Assembly (NCBI GenBank): GCA_963786105.1
Contig: CAWAXX010000001.1
Location: 32,001-96,000 of the forward strand
From: Vulcanimicrobiota bacterium
GTDB taxonomy: Bacteria > Vulcanimicrobiota > Vulcanimicrobiia > Vulcanimicrobiales > Vulcanimicrobiaceae
DNA length: 64,000 bases
Direction: 5' to 3'
Part shown: positions 1 to 10,217 of the stretch, piece after piece
Position numbering within the stretch: position 1 is the first letter of the stretch
Layout: each line of letters begins with the position of its first letter
Made by a program: the position numbers and the translations under genes
The notes under the pieces: generated by a model
Database searches by the model: none
What the model was told of the DNA's origin: nothing
Seen by the model: the letters and a program-made list of their open reading frames with translations, nothing else

Positions 1-1940
1 CCTTCATCGCGCACTCGACCACGCAAGCGACCAACGCCCTTTTGGAGGGCGACGTCGCGCGAGTCGGCGTGATCGGATTGGTGCGCTCGGCAGCGTGGTT
101 GGTGCGCCGCCACATGCGCTTCGGAACCGTCGTGCTCGCGCCCGGGTCCACGCTCGCCGCCGGCTTTCACTTCGCGCGTGCCGGCGACGAACGCGACGTT
201 CGCCGCGCGGTCGATTCCGCAATCGCCGGCGGGGCGCAGGCGATCGCGGCTACCGAAGCGTTCGGCGTCGACCGCCCCGGTGCGGAGTCGTTTACGGCGG
301 CGTATGCTCGCGAACGCGGCGTCGAAGCGACCAGCGGGCACGACGTTAGCTCCACGTACGGGTTGCGCGCTCGAACGCGGACGGCGGCCCTCAATGCGGC
401 GATGCTTCCGCGGATGGTTCGGACATCGCGCATGACCGCAGCCGCCGTTTCCCGGGCCGAAATTCCGGCGCCGTTGATGATCATGCGCAGCGATGGCGGC
501 GTCATGGACGTTCGCGAAATCGAGCGGCGGCCAATCCTCACGCTCCTGTCGGGGCCGGCTGCCGGCGTAGCCGGAGCGTTGCTGCACGACAATCTCACCG
601 ACGGCATTTTCGTGGAGGTCGGCGGAACCAGCTCGGATTGTTCGGCCATTCGCGGCGGCCGGCCGCAGATGCGGCCGGCTCGCATCGGCGGTCACCGGAC
701 GATGCTGCAGACCCTCGACGTGCGGACGCTCGGCATTGCCGGCGGAAGCATGGTGCGTATCGGCGGCGCCGGGATCGTCGACGTCGGACCGCGGAGCGCG
801 CACATTGCCGGTTGCGCGTACGCGTGTTACGCCGACGAAGCGCGGATCGTCGACGCGCGCGTCGAAACGATGGCGCCGTCGAATCGCGATCCCGCCGACT
901 ATGCGGTGTTGATCGCTCGCGACGGAACGCGCATGGCGATCACGCCCAGTTGCGCGGCCAATGCGCTCGGGATCGTCCCCGAGGATGCGTACGCGCGGGG
1001 AAATACCGAATCGGCCCGGCGCGCCTTCGTGCTGCTCGCGCGACATACCGGCTCCGATCCCGACGTGCTCGCGCGCGCCGTGCTCGATCTGGCGGCCGGT
1101 AAGCTCCGCGCCGCCATCGAGGAACTCATCGTTGACTACGACCTCGATCCAAGCCAGGTAACCATCGTGGGAGGCGGAGGCGGCGCCGGCGCGATCGTTC
1201 CGTTTACCGCCGAGGCGATGCGGCTGCCATTCCGGATCGCGCGCGACGCCGAGGTCATCGCGCCGATCGGCGTGGCGCTGGCGTTGGTTCGCGACGTCGT
1301 CGAGCGCACGATCGTGGCGCCGACGCCAACCGACATCGCGCGAATTCGACGCGAAGCCGCCGACCGAGTGGTGGCGGCCGGAGCCGCACCGGAACGCGTC
1401 GAGGTTGCCGTCGAGATCGATTCGCAACGCAATCGAGTTCGCGCAATCGCCTCCGGCGCGACCGCGCTCGCCGACGTAGTTGCCGGGGAGACCTGCGACG
1501 AGCCGACCCGGCGCATTGCGGCCGCGCGATCGCTACGCTGCGATGCAGGCGAGCTGGAGCGCGTCGACCTCACGCCGGCGCTGGTCGCTTACCGGCACGG
1601 TTCCCGTCTCGCGCGTTCTTTCGGGCGATCGCAGGAGGTCGTCGACTCGCGAATCGTCGACGAACGTGGTGTGATCCGCCTGGCGTTGCGCGACGCCGCC
1701 ATAGTGCGGACGACGGTGGCCGAAATTGAAGATCGTGTGCGCGCCGCGGTCGAAAGCGCCACCCGGTTTGGTGACGTCGGCCGCGCGCTACCCGCGTTGT
1801 ATCTCGTGCGCCGCGCGCGAATCGCGGCCTTCGACGGATTGACCGGCAGCGATCAAGCCGTTGCGCTGGTTTGCGAGGATCTCGAGGGCAGCGACCCGCA
1901 CGAACCGGTCGCGATTCTCACGACGGTTCGCTCGGCATAA
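1..1940 (+). CDS. Hydantoinase/oxoprolinase family protein (5' end probably outside the window)
   Basis: ORF 42..1940 with family motifs RTRTAALNA, LMIMRSDGG, TLLSGPAAG, EVGGTSSD, GIAGGS and VGPRSA; the reading frame appears to begin before the window. Confidence 0.85.
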   Translation, partial: FIAHSTTQATNALLEGDVARVGVIGLVRSAAWLVRRHMRFGTVVLAPGSTLAAGFHFARAGDERDVRRAVDSAIAGGAQAIAATEAFGVDRPGAESFTAAYARERGVEATSGHDVSSTYGLRARTRTAALNAAMLPRMVRTSRMTAAAVSRAEIPAPLMIMRSDGGVMDVREIERRPILTLLSGPAAGVAGALLHDNLTDGIFVEVGGTSSDCSAIRGGRPQMRPARIGGHRTMLQTLDVRTLGIAGGSMVRIGGAGIVDVGPRSAHIAGCAYACYADEARIVDARVETMAPSNRDPADYAVLIARDGTRMAITPSCAANALGIVPEDAYARGNTESARRAFVLLARHTGSDPDVLARAVLDLAAGKLRAAIEELIVDYDLDPSQVTIVGGGGGAGAIVPFTAEAMRLPFRIARDAEVIAPIGVALALVRDVVERTIVAPTPTDIARIRREAADRVVAAGAAPERVEVAVEIDSQRNRVRAIASGATALADVVAGETCDEPTRRIAAARSLRCDAGELERVDLTPALVAYRHGSRLARSFGRSQEVVDSRIVDERGVIRLALRDAAIVRTTVAEIEDRVRAAVESATRFGDVGRALPALYLVRRARIAAFDGLTGSDQAVALVCEDLEGSDPHEPVAILTTVRSA

Positions 1941-1965
1941 GCGAGCGTGATCGCGGAGGGACGCC

Positions 1966-1991
1966 GTTTGGCGAACGGCCCGATGCGGTAC
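1966..1991 (+). promoter_or_regulatory. SigB/SigF-like promoter
   Basis: GTTTGG-N14-CGGTAC about 40 nt upstream of the ATG at 2032. Confidence 0.5.
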
Positions 1992-2031
1992 AAAGCGAGC
2001 AACATTCTCTCGCCAAAGGGGTCGAAACACC

Positions 2032-2313
2032 ATGGCTGCGGCTCGCAAAAAATCCAGCTCTACCGTTCGCAAGAAAACGACGGCGCGCAAGAAAACGACG
2101 GTCGGCAAGAAGTCGTCCGGGCGAAAGAAAGCGGTCCGGAAGTACTCGCGCAAAGCCGGCCGCAAGGTGGAAAAAGTCATGCGTGAGATGAAGCGAGGCG
2201 AACTCAAATCCGGTCGATCGGGCCGTACAGTCAAGAGTCGCAAACAGGCGATCGCCATCGCGCTAAGCGAAGCACGGCGTGAGGGCGATAAGGTTCCCGA
2301 TCAGAAGGGTTGA
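2032..2313 (+). CDS. Small basic DUF6496-type protein with a Lys/Arg-rich N-terminus
   Basis: KVEKVMREMKRGELKSGRSG..VKSRKQAIAIALSEAR motif; RKKTT repeats. Confidence 0.8.
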   Translation: MAAARKKSSSTVRKKTTARKKTTVGKKSSGRKKAVRKYSRKAGRKVEKVMREMKRGELKSGRSGRTVKSRKQAIAIALSEARREGDKVPDQKG

Positions 2314-2356
2314 ACTAAACCTACCGTCGGTGCGTTGCTTAGCGGAGCTGGTTGAA

Positions 2357-2438
2357 GGTCCTTCGACCGCGCTCCTTCGACTGCGCTCGCTTCGCTCGCT
2401 CCGCTCAGGATGACAAAGCGCCTCCGCTCAGGATGACA
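2357..2438 (-). repeat. REP/MITE-like TGTCATCCTGAGCG repeat (one full unit plus partial units)
   Basis: Reverse complement of 2373-2415 is nearly identical to 11292-11332; a second CTCCGCTCAGGATGACA lies at 2422-2438. Confidence 0.85.
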
Positions 2439-2448
2439 CGGGGGGCTA

Positions 2449-4008
2449 TCAGTTCACCCGTGGTTGCTTTACCGCTAAACCTTCGGTCGCTTCCAGCGCG
2501 ACGGTGCTCTTGTGCCGGCCGTACGCGTAGTAGAAGGCGAGTCCGACGGCCATCCAGATCAGGAACCACAGCCAGACGATCGGGAAGAAACCCCATGCGA
2601 GCGGATTGCCGACTTTGAGATAGTAAATCAAACCAAGCGCGGTGATCGCCGACAGCACCGGAATGAGGTACGGTCCGAGCGGCAGTTGGAACTGCCCGTG
2701 AGCCTCCGGATGGCGTTTTCGCAAAATCGGGACGGCAATCGACACGAGGATGAACGCCACCAGCGTTCCCATGTTCGTGAGCGACCCCACGATATTGATC
2801 GGCGTAAAGGCTGCGATGAGGGCGATGCAAATGCCGAAAAACGCCGTCGAGAAGATCGGCGTGCGCCAGGTCTTGTGGATGCGGGTGAACGACGGCGGTA
2901 TCAAGCCGTCGCGCGACATGGCAAAAAAGATGCGGCTTTGTCCGAACATCATCACCAGCAGCACGGTCGTCAACCCGGCAATGGCTCCGAGCGAGATGAT
3001 GACGCCGGCCCAGCTCAGGCCGACATAGTTCATGGCGAACGCCACCGGGAAGGCGACGTTGAGTTTGTAGAACGGCACCATCCCGTTGAGGATCGCTACG
3101 ACGATGATGTAGAGAATCGTACAAACCAAGAGGCTGACGATGATGCCGAAAGGCAAGTCTCTGCCGGGGTTCTTGGCCTCTTCGGCGGTCGTCGAAACGG
3201 CGTCGAAGCCGATGTACGCAAAGAAGATGAACGCCGCGCCACCGAGCATCCCGGTCCAGCCGAACGGAAAATATCCGCCCATTCCCGCGGGACCGCCCGG
3301 CGGCAAGCTGTAGTTGGCACCATTAATGTGTCCCAACCCGACGATGATGAAGAACATGACGATCGCGAGCTTCACGGCAACGATGACGGCGTTAACGGCG
3401 CCCGACTCCTTGGTGCCGCGTATCAGCAGTGCGGTGATGATCAAGATGATCCCGGCCGCGGGCAGGTTCGCGTAGCCGGAGACGCCGGCCTGACCGGCGA
3501 GTCCCCAGTGTGGACCGTTCGTCCACTCCGGCGGGATGTTCAGCCACCCCAGTCCGGGTGTCATCCCCGCCTGATGCAAAATGTTGGTGAAATAGCCGGA
3601 CCACCCAATACTCACGGTGGCGGCGCCAAGGGCATATTCGAGCACGAGATCCCAGCCGATGATCCACGCGAGAAACTCACCGAGGGTTGCATACGTGTAG
3701 GTATACGCCGAGCCGGAAATCGGGATCTTACTCGACACTTCGGCGTAGCAAAGTGCCGCAAGCCCACTGACGAACCCGGCGACCACGAACGAAATCGTCA
3801 ACGACGGTCCCGAGCGCGTGGCCGAGGCGACGCCGGTCAACACGAAGATACCGGTGCCGATAATGGCGCCGATGCCCATGGCGGTTAGCGCCCACGGCCC
3901 GAGCGACCGGCGCAGCGAGTGTTCGGTGTTTTCTTCGCTGCCTTCGGCCAAAATGCGCGACAGCGGCTTTACGCGTTGAAACAACAGCATTTGCGCCTCG
4001 AAATACAC
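2449..4008 (-). CDS. APC-family amino acid permease
   Basis: GIGAIIGTGIF, SGSAYTY, FAYIGFDAVST and AEE motifs; many hydrophobic segments; exact start uncertain. Confidence 0.93.
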   Translation of the reverse strand: MYFEAQMLLFQRVKPLSRILAEGSEENTEHSLRRSLGPWALTAMGIGAIIGTGIFVLTGVASATRSGPSLTISFVVAGFVSGLAALCYAEVSSKIPISGSAYTYTYATLGEFLAWIIGWDLVLEYALGAATVSIGWSGYFTNILHQAGMTPGLGWLNIPPEWTNGPHWGLAGQAGVSGYANLPAAGIILIITALLIRGTKESGAVNAVIVAVKLAIVMFFIIVGLGHINGANYSLPPGGPAGMGGYFPFGWTGMLGGAAFIFFAYIGFDAVSTTAEEAKNPGRDLPFGIIVSLLVCTILYIIVVAILNGMVPFYKLNVAFPVAFAMNYVGLSWAGVIISLGAIAGLTTVLLVMMFGQSRIFFAMSRDGLIPPSFTRIHKTWRTPIFSTAFFGICIALIAAFTPINIVGSLTNMGTLVAFILVSIAVPILRKRHPEAHGQFQLPLGPYLIPVLSAITALGLIYYLKVGNPLAWGFFPIVWLWFLIWMAVGLAFYYAYGRHKSTVALEATEGLAVKQPRVN

Positions 4009-4106
4009 CCTCGGCGCCTGACTCCCTGGTTTTCTCCGGTTTTTGCCGAGGTTTGAGCGTGCGCTGCCCCCAGGCCGGTGCTTCCTCGCGGCGAACTCGC
4101 GAGGCG

Positions 4107-5460
4107 ATGCACGACGTGCTGGTCATTGGCGGCGGCAACGCCGGATGCGCGGCAGCGATTGCGGCGGCCCGGCACGGGGCGCGGACGATGCTGGTCGAGC
4201 GTTACGGATTTCTCGGCGGGACGGCTACCGCGTCCATGGTCGGGCCGTGGATGACCTTTCATTCCGGCGGCGACCGGATCGTCGGCGGAATCGCACAAGA
4301 AATGGTCGAGCGATTGATGCAGAAAGGCGCATCACCCGGGCACATTCGCGATTCGTCCGACTACGTTTCGACGATCACGCCGTTCGATCCCGAAGTGCAT
4401 AAGGCGCTGCTCTTCGAAATGATGCGTGAGGCCGGCGTCGCGCTGATGCTTCACGCGTACGTGCTCGAGGCGGACGTCGACGGTGACACCGTCCGCGGTG
4501 CCACCTTTGCGACCGTCGGGGGGACGCGCAGGTTCGGCGGCCGCGTCGTCATCGACACGACCGCCGATGCCTTCGTCGCGGCAGCCGCCGGCGTCCCCAC
4601 CCAACAGGGCGACGAGCGCGGCCGGGTTCAGCCGGCGAGCTTGATGTTTCGCTTGAGTCACGTAAATCTCGACGAACTCGCGGCATATCTGCGCGAACGT
4701 CCCGATCAGGTGCGCACGTCACTAAAGGTAGAGGAGAGAACCGCGCCGGCCTTGACCGCGGTCGCCGGTCTGCGAGAACTGTGGCAGCGCGCGAGCGAAG
4801 ACGGCGAAGTCGACGTCCCGCGCGAGCTGGTGTCGTTCTTCATCTCGCCGTATCCCGACGAAGTCACCGTGAACATGACGCGCGTCGTTCACATCGATCC
4901 GCTCGACCCCGAGGATCTGACGCGCGCCGAAGTCGAGGCCCGGCTGCAGGTGATGCAGCTGCTGCGCCTTTTTCCGCAGGCGCGTTCCGGGATTCGAGCA
5001 TGCCCGCCTGGCAGCGACCGGAACGCAGGTCGGGATTCGCGAATCGCGCCGCATCGTCGGGCGCTACACGTTGACGGCGCAAGATGTGCTGCAAGCGCGC
5101 CGGTTCGACGACGCGGTCGCTCGCAGCGCCTATCCGATTGACATCCACAACCCGTCGGGCTCCGGAACGACGACCCAGCGTTTGGCGCCGGGCGAAAGCT
5201 ACGAGATTCCGTACCGCTGCTTGGTGCCGGTTAACCGCGAGCAGCTGCTGGTGGCCGGGCGATGCATTTCAACCACCCACGAGGCGCTGGCTTCGACCCG
5301 GCTGACCCCGACCGTCATGACGTTGGGCCAAGCCGCCGGAACCGCCGCGGCACTTGCGTGCGCGCGAGGCGTGCGCGTCGGAGACATCGACACGCGCGAG
5401 CTGCGCGCGCAGTTAGTCGCCGACGGCGTCGATCTACGGCGAACTGAGGCCTCTGCATGA
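4107..5460 (+). CDS. FAD-dependent oxidoreductase (FAD_oxidored-like), apparent +1 frameshift near 4970
   Basis: DVLVIGGGNAG FAD motif and IDTTAD; removing one base at cgcCttttt gives FFRRRVPGFEHA..GIRESRRI..YPIDIH..YEIPYRCLVP..LLVAGRCIS. Confidence 0.85.
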
Positions 5461-5762
5461 ACGCGGCCCTGTCGCTGGCCCGGTCGTACGGCGTCGCGGT
5501 AAGTTTTGCGGATCTGGGCGATTGGGGTTCGGCGGAGTTGCGTTCGGAGTACGATCCGAGCGGACCGGTCATTCGCCTAAATGCACGCGTTGCCGAACGA
5601 ATGACGGCCGCCGATCTCGGAGAGTTCGTTACGCTAGCCATCGCGCACGAGTTGTACCACCATCGCGAACGAATCGGTGAAATCGCCGTCGCCGGCAATC
5701 GCGCAGCGCGCGAGCGAGCCGCCGATCGATACGCCCGCGAGTTGCTGGAGCGGAGTGCGTGA
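5457..5762 (+). CDS. Small HExxH metalloprotein (ImmA/IrrE-like peptidase motif)
   Basis: LAIAHELYH followed by ERAADRYA; ATGA and GTGA overlaps with both neighbours. Confidence 0.65.
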   Translation: MNAALSLARSYGVAVSFADLGDWGSAELRSEYDPSGPVIRLNARVAERMTAADLGEFVTLAIAHELYHHRERIGEIAVAGNRAARERAADRYARELLERSA

Positions 5763-6673
5763 GTTCGTACGTCGCCGGAATCGATGGCGGACAGAGTTCG
5801 ACCACGGCCGTGATCGGCGATCGGAACGGAAGGATCGTCGGGCGCGGTCGCGCGGGTCCGGCCGATGAAATAGGCGCTGGACCGGACTCCTCGCGCCTTC
5901 GCGACGCGTTGCGCGCCGCGCTGTCGGCCGCCCGCGAGCACGCTGGACTCCCCCGCGGCGTTTCGTTTGCCGCCATCGTCGCCGGCGTGAGCGGTTACGA
6001 AGGCCGCGTCTACGGAAAAGCCCCGGAGTTGCCCACCGCGCGTGAAGTGCTGGTGCACGACGCGCCGATCGCGCATGCCGGCGCGCTCGCAGGCAAGGCG
6101 GGAGTTGTCGTCATCGCCGGGACCGGTTCGACGGTATACGCGACCGGCGGCCCGCAACCGTGGCGCGGCGGCGGCTGGGGCTACCTGTTCGGCGATGAAG
6201 GAAGCGCGTTTTGGATCGCGCGTGAAGCGCTTGAAGCATTGATGCGACGTGATGACGCGAGCGCGCCGGCAAGCGAAGAAGTACGCGCCGCGTGCGACTT
6301 CTTCGGCCTTCCTTCGCTACGTCGCATCGCACGGGGATTTTACGCCGGCGAGGTGAGCCGCGAACGGCTGGCAGCGTTTGCTCCGGCGGCGATGGCCCTC
6401 CCGGCGTTTCGTGAGATCGCTAATCGTGGAGCCGATCGTTTGGCGGCGATGGTGCGGTTGTCGCTCGAAGCCGGCGCAGCGCCGGCGGTGGCTTTTTCAG
6501 GGGGCATGTTCGCCGATGTTCGGTTTAGCGAGCGTCTGGCCGCTGGGATCCGCGAAGCCTTTCCGGCGGTGACAATGATTGCCCCGAAATACGACCCCGG
6601 CGTCGGCGCGCTGATGCTCGCTTACCGCGAGGCGGGTCTCGGGCCGTTTCCGGAAATCGGGGGGCTCGTTTGA
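5759..6673 (+). CDS. BadF/BadG/BcrA/BcrD-family sugar kinase (N-acetylhexosamine kinase-like)
   Basis: GIDGGQSST, VVIAGTGS and GGWGYLFGDEGSA motifs. Confidence 0.88.
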   Translation: MSSYVAGIDGGQSSTTAVIGDRNGRIVGRGRAGPADEIGAGPDSSRLRDALRAALSAAREHAGLPRGVSFAAIVAGVSGYEGRVYGKAPELPTAREVLVHDAPIAHAGALAGKAGVVVIAGTGSTVYATGGPQPWRGGGWGYLFGDEGSAFWIAREALEALMRRDDASAPASEEVRAACDFFGLPSLRRIARGFYAGEVSRERLAAFAPAAMALPAFREIANRGADRLAAMVRLSLEAGAAPAVAFSGGMFADVRFSERLAAGIREAFPAVTMIAPKYDPGVGALMLAYREAGLGPFPEIGGLV

Positions 6674-7356
6674 ACGCCCTGGTCGAAAAACTGCGCGGCG
6701 GTCTGATCGTTTCCGTCCAGGCCTGGAAGGGCTCGGCGCTCGACGACCCGCACGTGATTGCGGCGATGGCGCGGGCGGCGCAAGACGGCGGCGCCGTTGC
6801 CGTCAGGGTTGCCGGCGGGCAGCATATCCGAGCGGTGCGTGCGCGCGTCGACCTGCCGATCGTCGGGCTGGTCAAACGGGCCTACGACGGATTCGATCCG
6901 TACATCACGCCGACGCTGGACGAGGTCTCCGAAATTGTGAGCGCCGGAGCCGAAATCGTGGCTTTCGACGCGACGGCGCGCGCACGCCCCGGGGGAACGA
7001 CCGTCGCCCGCATCGCAGACGCCGTCAAGACGGCGGGAGCCGTGGCCATGGCGGACTGCGCGACCGCTGCCGACGGCGAACGCGCGCGCGCCGCCGGCGC
7101 CGAAATCGTAGCGACGACGTTGTGCGGGTACACCCCCGAAACGTCCGGTCGTCCGTTGCCGGCGCTCGATCTGGTACGCGAGATGGCGCGACCAGATGCT
7201 TTTGTCGTTTGCGAAGGAGGCGTTACGACGCCGGCGCAGTTGAGGGCCGCGTTCGACGCGGGAGCCGCTGCCGTCGTGGTCGGCACGGCTATTACGAACG
7301 TCGACTGGCTGGTACGCAGCTTTGCAGGGTCTGCCGACAACGCGCGAAACCGCTAA
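6670..7356 (+). CDS. nanE: N-acetylmannosamine-6-phosphate 2-epimerase
   Basis: LIVSVQA, PIVGLVK, YITPT, MADC, TTLCGYT, EGG and VVVGTAIT motifs. Confidence 0.92.
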   Translation: MNALVEKLRGGLIVSVQAWKGSALDDPHVIAAMARAAQDGGAVAVRVAGGQHIRAVRARVDLPIVGLVKRAYDGFDPYITPTLDEVSEIVSAGAEIVAFDATARARPGGTTVARIADAVKTAGAVAMADCATAADGERARAAGAEIVATTLCGYTPETSGRPLPALDLVREMARPDAFVVCEGGVTTPAQLRAAFDAGAAAVVVGTAITNVDWLVRSFAGSADNARNR

Positions 7357-7401
7357 AGTCGGTGCGAGGCGAGACGCTTCCTTATAGCCTATTGACGGAG
7401 A

Positions 7402-8505
7402 GTGTTTTCTTTGGTTGAGAACAGACCGCAGTCCGCACACCTCGGTTCCGGCTTTTGGAGCGTTACGGCAGTCTTGGGACTGCTGTCGATCGCTTCCATC
7501 GTCTTTTGGTATTGGTTTCCGCTCGAGAGATACTTGCCGGAAGCGATCGTCACGGCGCGTCAGGTCGACACCTTGTTCCGCTTCATGGCGGCGACGGGAT
7601 CGGCACTCTACATCTTCATTTTCGGCTATCTGCTGTATTTTGCCATCGCGTTTCGCGTCAAGCCGAGCGATCCGCCCGACGCCATCGGCGTTCAGATTCA
7701 CGACAACCACCGGCTGGAGTTTTGGTGGACGCTGATCCCGGCGCTTTTCGTCGTCTTGCTCTCGGTCGTGTCGGTCAAGATCTGGTACGAGATCATGCTC
7801 GAGCCGCAAAACGGGCTCGTAGTCCAGGCGATCGGACATCAGTTCAACTTCACGTTCCGGTACCCGCAGATCAACGGCGAGATCACCGACGAGATGCACC
7901 TCCCGATCGGCGTGCCGGTCACCCTCAATCTCACCTCGTCCGACGTAATCCATTCGTTCTGGGTGCCGGCCATGCGGTTGAAGAACGACACGGTGCCGGG
8001 CTTGGTCACGTCGATTCGGTTTACGCCTCGCCTGGTCGGGCGCTATCAGATCATTTGCACGCAATTTTGCGGCGTTCTGCACGCTCAGATGAACAAGCAG
8101 GTGCTGGTCGTCGAGGACAAGGCGTCGTTCGACCGCTGGTACCAAGGTTGGCAGGTCAAGAACGCGCACGTCAGCAATACGCTGCCGGCGGCCGGCGGCC
8201 AAGCCATCGCGCTCACCGGCGGATCCGTGCCGGCCGGTCAGACCCTCTTCGCGCAAAAATGTTCCGCGTGCCACGCGATCGGGCCGTTCAGTCAGCGCAT
8301 CGTCGGCCCGGGGCTCAAGGGCGTGTTGCACGATCCGTCCCATCCGAGCTTGGTAAACGGCGATTCGGCGACGCCGGCCAACGTCGCGAAGATTCTGCAA
8401 GCGGGATACGTGGGCAGCATGGGTGCGATGCCGAACGCCACCACCAACGGTCTGTCGAACCAAGATATCGCCAATCTGGTCGCATACTTGGATTCGTTGA
8501 AGTGA
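7402..8505 (+). CDS. coxB: Cytochrome c oxidase subunit II with fused cytochrome c (caa3 type)
   Basis: LEFWWTLIP, DVIHSFWVP, CuA motif CTQFCGVLHAQM; C-terminal heme motif CSACH and a distal Met (GAMP). Confidence 0.95.
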   Translation: MFSLVENRPQSAHLGSGFWSVTAVLGLLSIASIVFWYWFPLERYLPEAIVTARQVDTLFRFMAATGSALYIFIFGYLLYFAIAFRVKPSDPPDAIGVQIHDNHRLEFWWTLIPALFVVLLSVVSVKIWYEIMLEPQNGLVVQAIGHQFNFTFRYPQINGEITDEMHLPIGVPVTLNLTSSDVIHSFWVPAMRLKNDTVPGLVTSIRFTPRLVGRYQIICTQFCGVLHAQMNKQVLVVEDKASFDRWYQGWQVKNAHVSNTLPAAGGQAIALTGGSVPAGQTLFAQKCSACHAIGPFSQRIVGPGLKGVLHDPSHPSLVNGDSATPANVAKILQAGYVGSMGAMPNATTNGLSNQDIANLVAYLDSLK

Positions 8506-8531
8506 ACGCCTGAGGTAACCTAAGGGGAAAC

Positions 8532-10217
8532 ATGTCAGTCGAATCAGCCCATATGACGCACGGCGGCGGCATCGCCGATCACATCCATCCGGAACCGCAA
8601 GGATTCGTTCGCCGGTACGTGTTCTCGATCGATCACAAGATCATCGGGATTCAGTACATCGTCACGGCGTTCGTATTCTTCATTTTATCCGGTCTGCTCG
8701 CAGAAACCATTCGCACGCAACTTCTCAATGCAAACGGCGGGTTCGTCTCGCCCGAGACCTATAACGAGGTTTATAGCGTACACGGCAGCGCGATGGTGTG
8801 GCTCGTAGTCATTCCGATTTTAACCGGCGGATTCGGCAATCTCATCTTTCCATTGCAGATCGGCGCGCGCGACGTGGCGTTCCCATGGCTCAACATGCTG
8901 AGCTTCTGGATTTTTCCCGTTGCGGGACTCATGCTGTTTTCGTCGTTCCTCATGGGTGCGCCGACGGCCGGCTGGACGGAATATCCGCCGGTATCTTTGC
9001 AAGGCCCGGCCGGAACCTCGATGTGGGCGGCGGCGATTTTCCTAGTCGGGGTAAGCTCGACGCTGACCGGCATCAATTTCGTCGTGACGCTGATCAAGAT
9101 GCGCGCTCCCGGGATGACTTTTACGCGCATGCCGCTGTTTTGCTGGGGCCAGTTCGCCACCGCGCCCCTACTGATGATCGCCACGACGGCGCTAGCGGCG
9201 GCGCTCGCGGCGTTGTTCATGGAGCGCGTGTTCGGCGTACCGTTCTACGACCCGACTAAGGGTGGCAGCCCGGTGCTGTGGCAGCACATGTTCTGGTTCT
9301 ACTCGCATCCTGCCGTCTATATCATGATTCTCCCGGCGTTCGGCATCATTTCCGAAGTGCTGCCGACGTTTGCGCGCAAGCCGATTTTTGGTTACAAGCT
9401 GATCGCATTTTCGTCGGCGGCGATCGCGTTGGCCGGCTTCATGGTCTGGGCGCACCACATGTTCACGTCGGGCTTGGCGCCGTACTTGCAGCTGCCGTTC
9501 ATGATTCTAACGTTCGCGATCGGTATTCCGACGGGCATCAAGATCTTTTCGTGGACGGCAACGTTATGGGGCGGTAAGATCCATCTCACGACCGCCATGC
9601 TCTTTGCGATCGGTTTCATCGCGCTGTTTACCTGCGGCGGAATCACCGGCATTTTCCTGGCAGCGGTGCCCTACGACTTGGACGTCCACGGCACGTACTT
9701 CGTCGTGGCGCACTTCCACTACGTATTGGTCGGCGGCAGCTTGATGGGCGTCTTCGCCGGCATGTACTACTGGTTCCCGAAGATGTCGGGCCGGCTCCTC
9801 AACGAAACGCTCGGCAAGATCCACTTCTGGCTGTTTTTCATCGGGTTCAACGGAACGTTCTTGCCGATGCACTGGCTAGGCGTCGAAGGAATGCCGCGCT
9901 GGGTGGCCACCTACGATCCCCAGTTCGAGTTCTGGAACCGCTTCGCGTCGGTGTCGTCGTACGTGATGGGTATCGGCATCCTGCTGTTTTTCGTGAACGT
10001 GATCTGGAGCATTCGCGCGGGTAAGAAATCCGGACCGAATCCGTGGAACGGCCGGACGCTCGAGTGGATGATTCCGTCGCCGCCGCACTACTACAACTTC
10101 AAGAACATTCCGACGGTATACGGCCTGCCCTACGACTTCTCGCATCCGCTGCCGTACGGGGGGTTGGAAGACGAACTCACCGATGCTCCGCCGGCGCTTG
10201 CCGCGGGGGCGCACTGA
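8532..10217 (+). CDS. coxA: Cytochrome c oxidase subunit I (A2-type YSHPAVY)
   Basis: DHKIIG, GWTEYPP, FWFYSHPAVY, VWAHHMF, VVAHFHY and GMPR motifs. Confidence 0.97.
   Translation: MSVESAHMTHGGGIADHIHPEPQGFVRRYVFSIDHKIIGIQYIVTAFVFFILSGLLAETIRTQLLNANGGFVSPETYNEVYSVHGSAMVWLVVIPILTGGFGNLIFPLQIGARDVAFPWLNMLSFWIFPVAGLMLFSSFLMGAPTAGWTEYPPVSLQGPAGTSMWAAAIFLVGVSSTLTGINFVVTLIKMRAPGMTFTRMPLFCWGQFATAPLLMIATTALAAALAALFMERVFGVPFYDPTKGGSPVLWQHMFWFYSHPAVYIMILPAFGIISEVLPTFARKPIFGYKLIAFSSAAIALAGFMVWAHHMFTSGLAPYLQLPFMILTFAIGIPTGIKIFSWTATLWGGKIHLTTAMLFAIGFIALFTCGGITGIFLAAVPYDLDVHGTYFVVAHFHYVLVGGSLMGVFAGMYYWFPKMSGRLLNETLGKIHFWLFFIGFNGTFLPMHWLGVEGMPRWVATYDPQFEFWNRFASVSSYVMGIGILLFFVNVIWSIRAGKKSGPNPWNGRTLEWMIPSPPHYYNFKNIPTVYGLPYDFSHPLPYGGLEDELTDAPPALAAGAH

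Noticed and set aside
2357..2438. Possible mini CRISPR array from the repeated CTCCGCTCAGGATGACA
   Set aside because: Only two copies about 6 nt apart, no spacers and no cas genes; better explained as a REP-like repeat
6622..8463. Long antisense or alternative-frame ORFs (also 41320..42936, 59955..61565 and 2512..3888)
   Set aside because: Shadow ORFs of real genes in high-GC DNA; Arg/Pro-rich with no recognisable motifs
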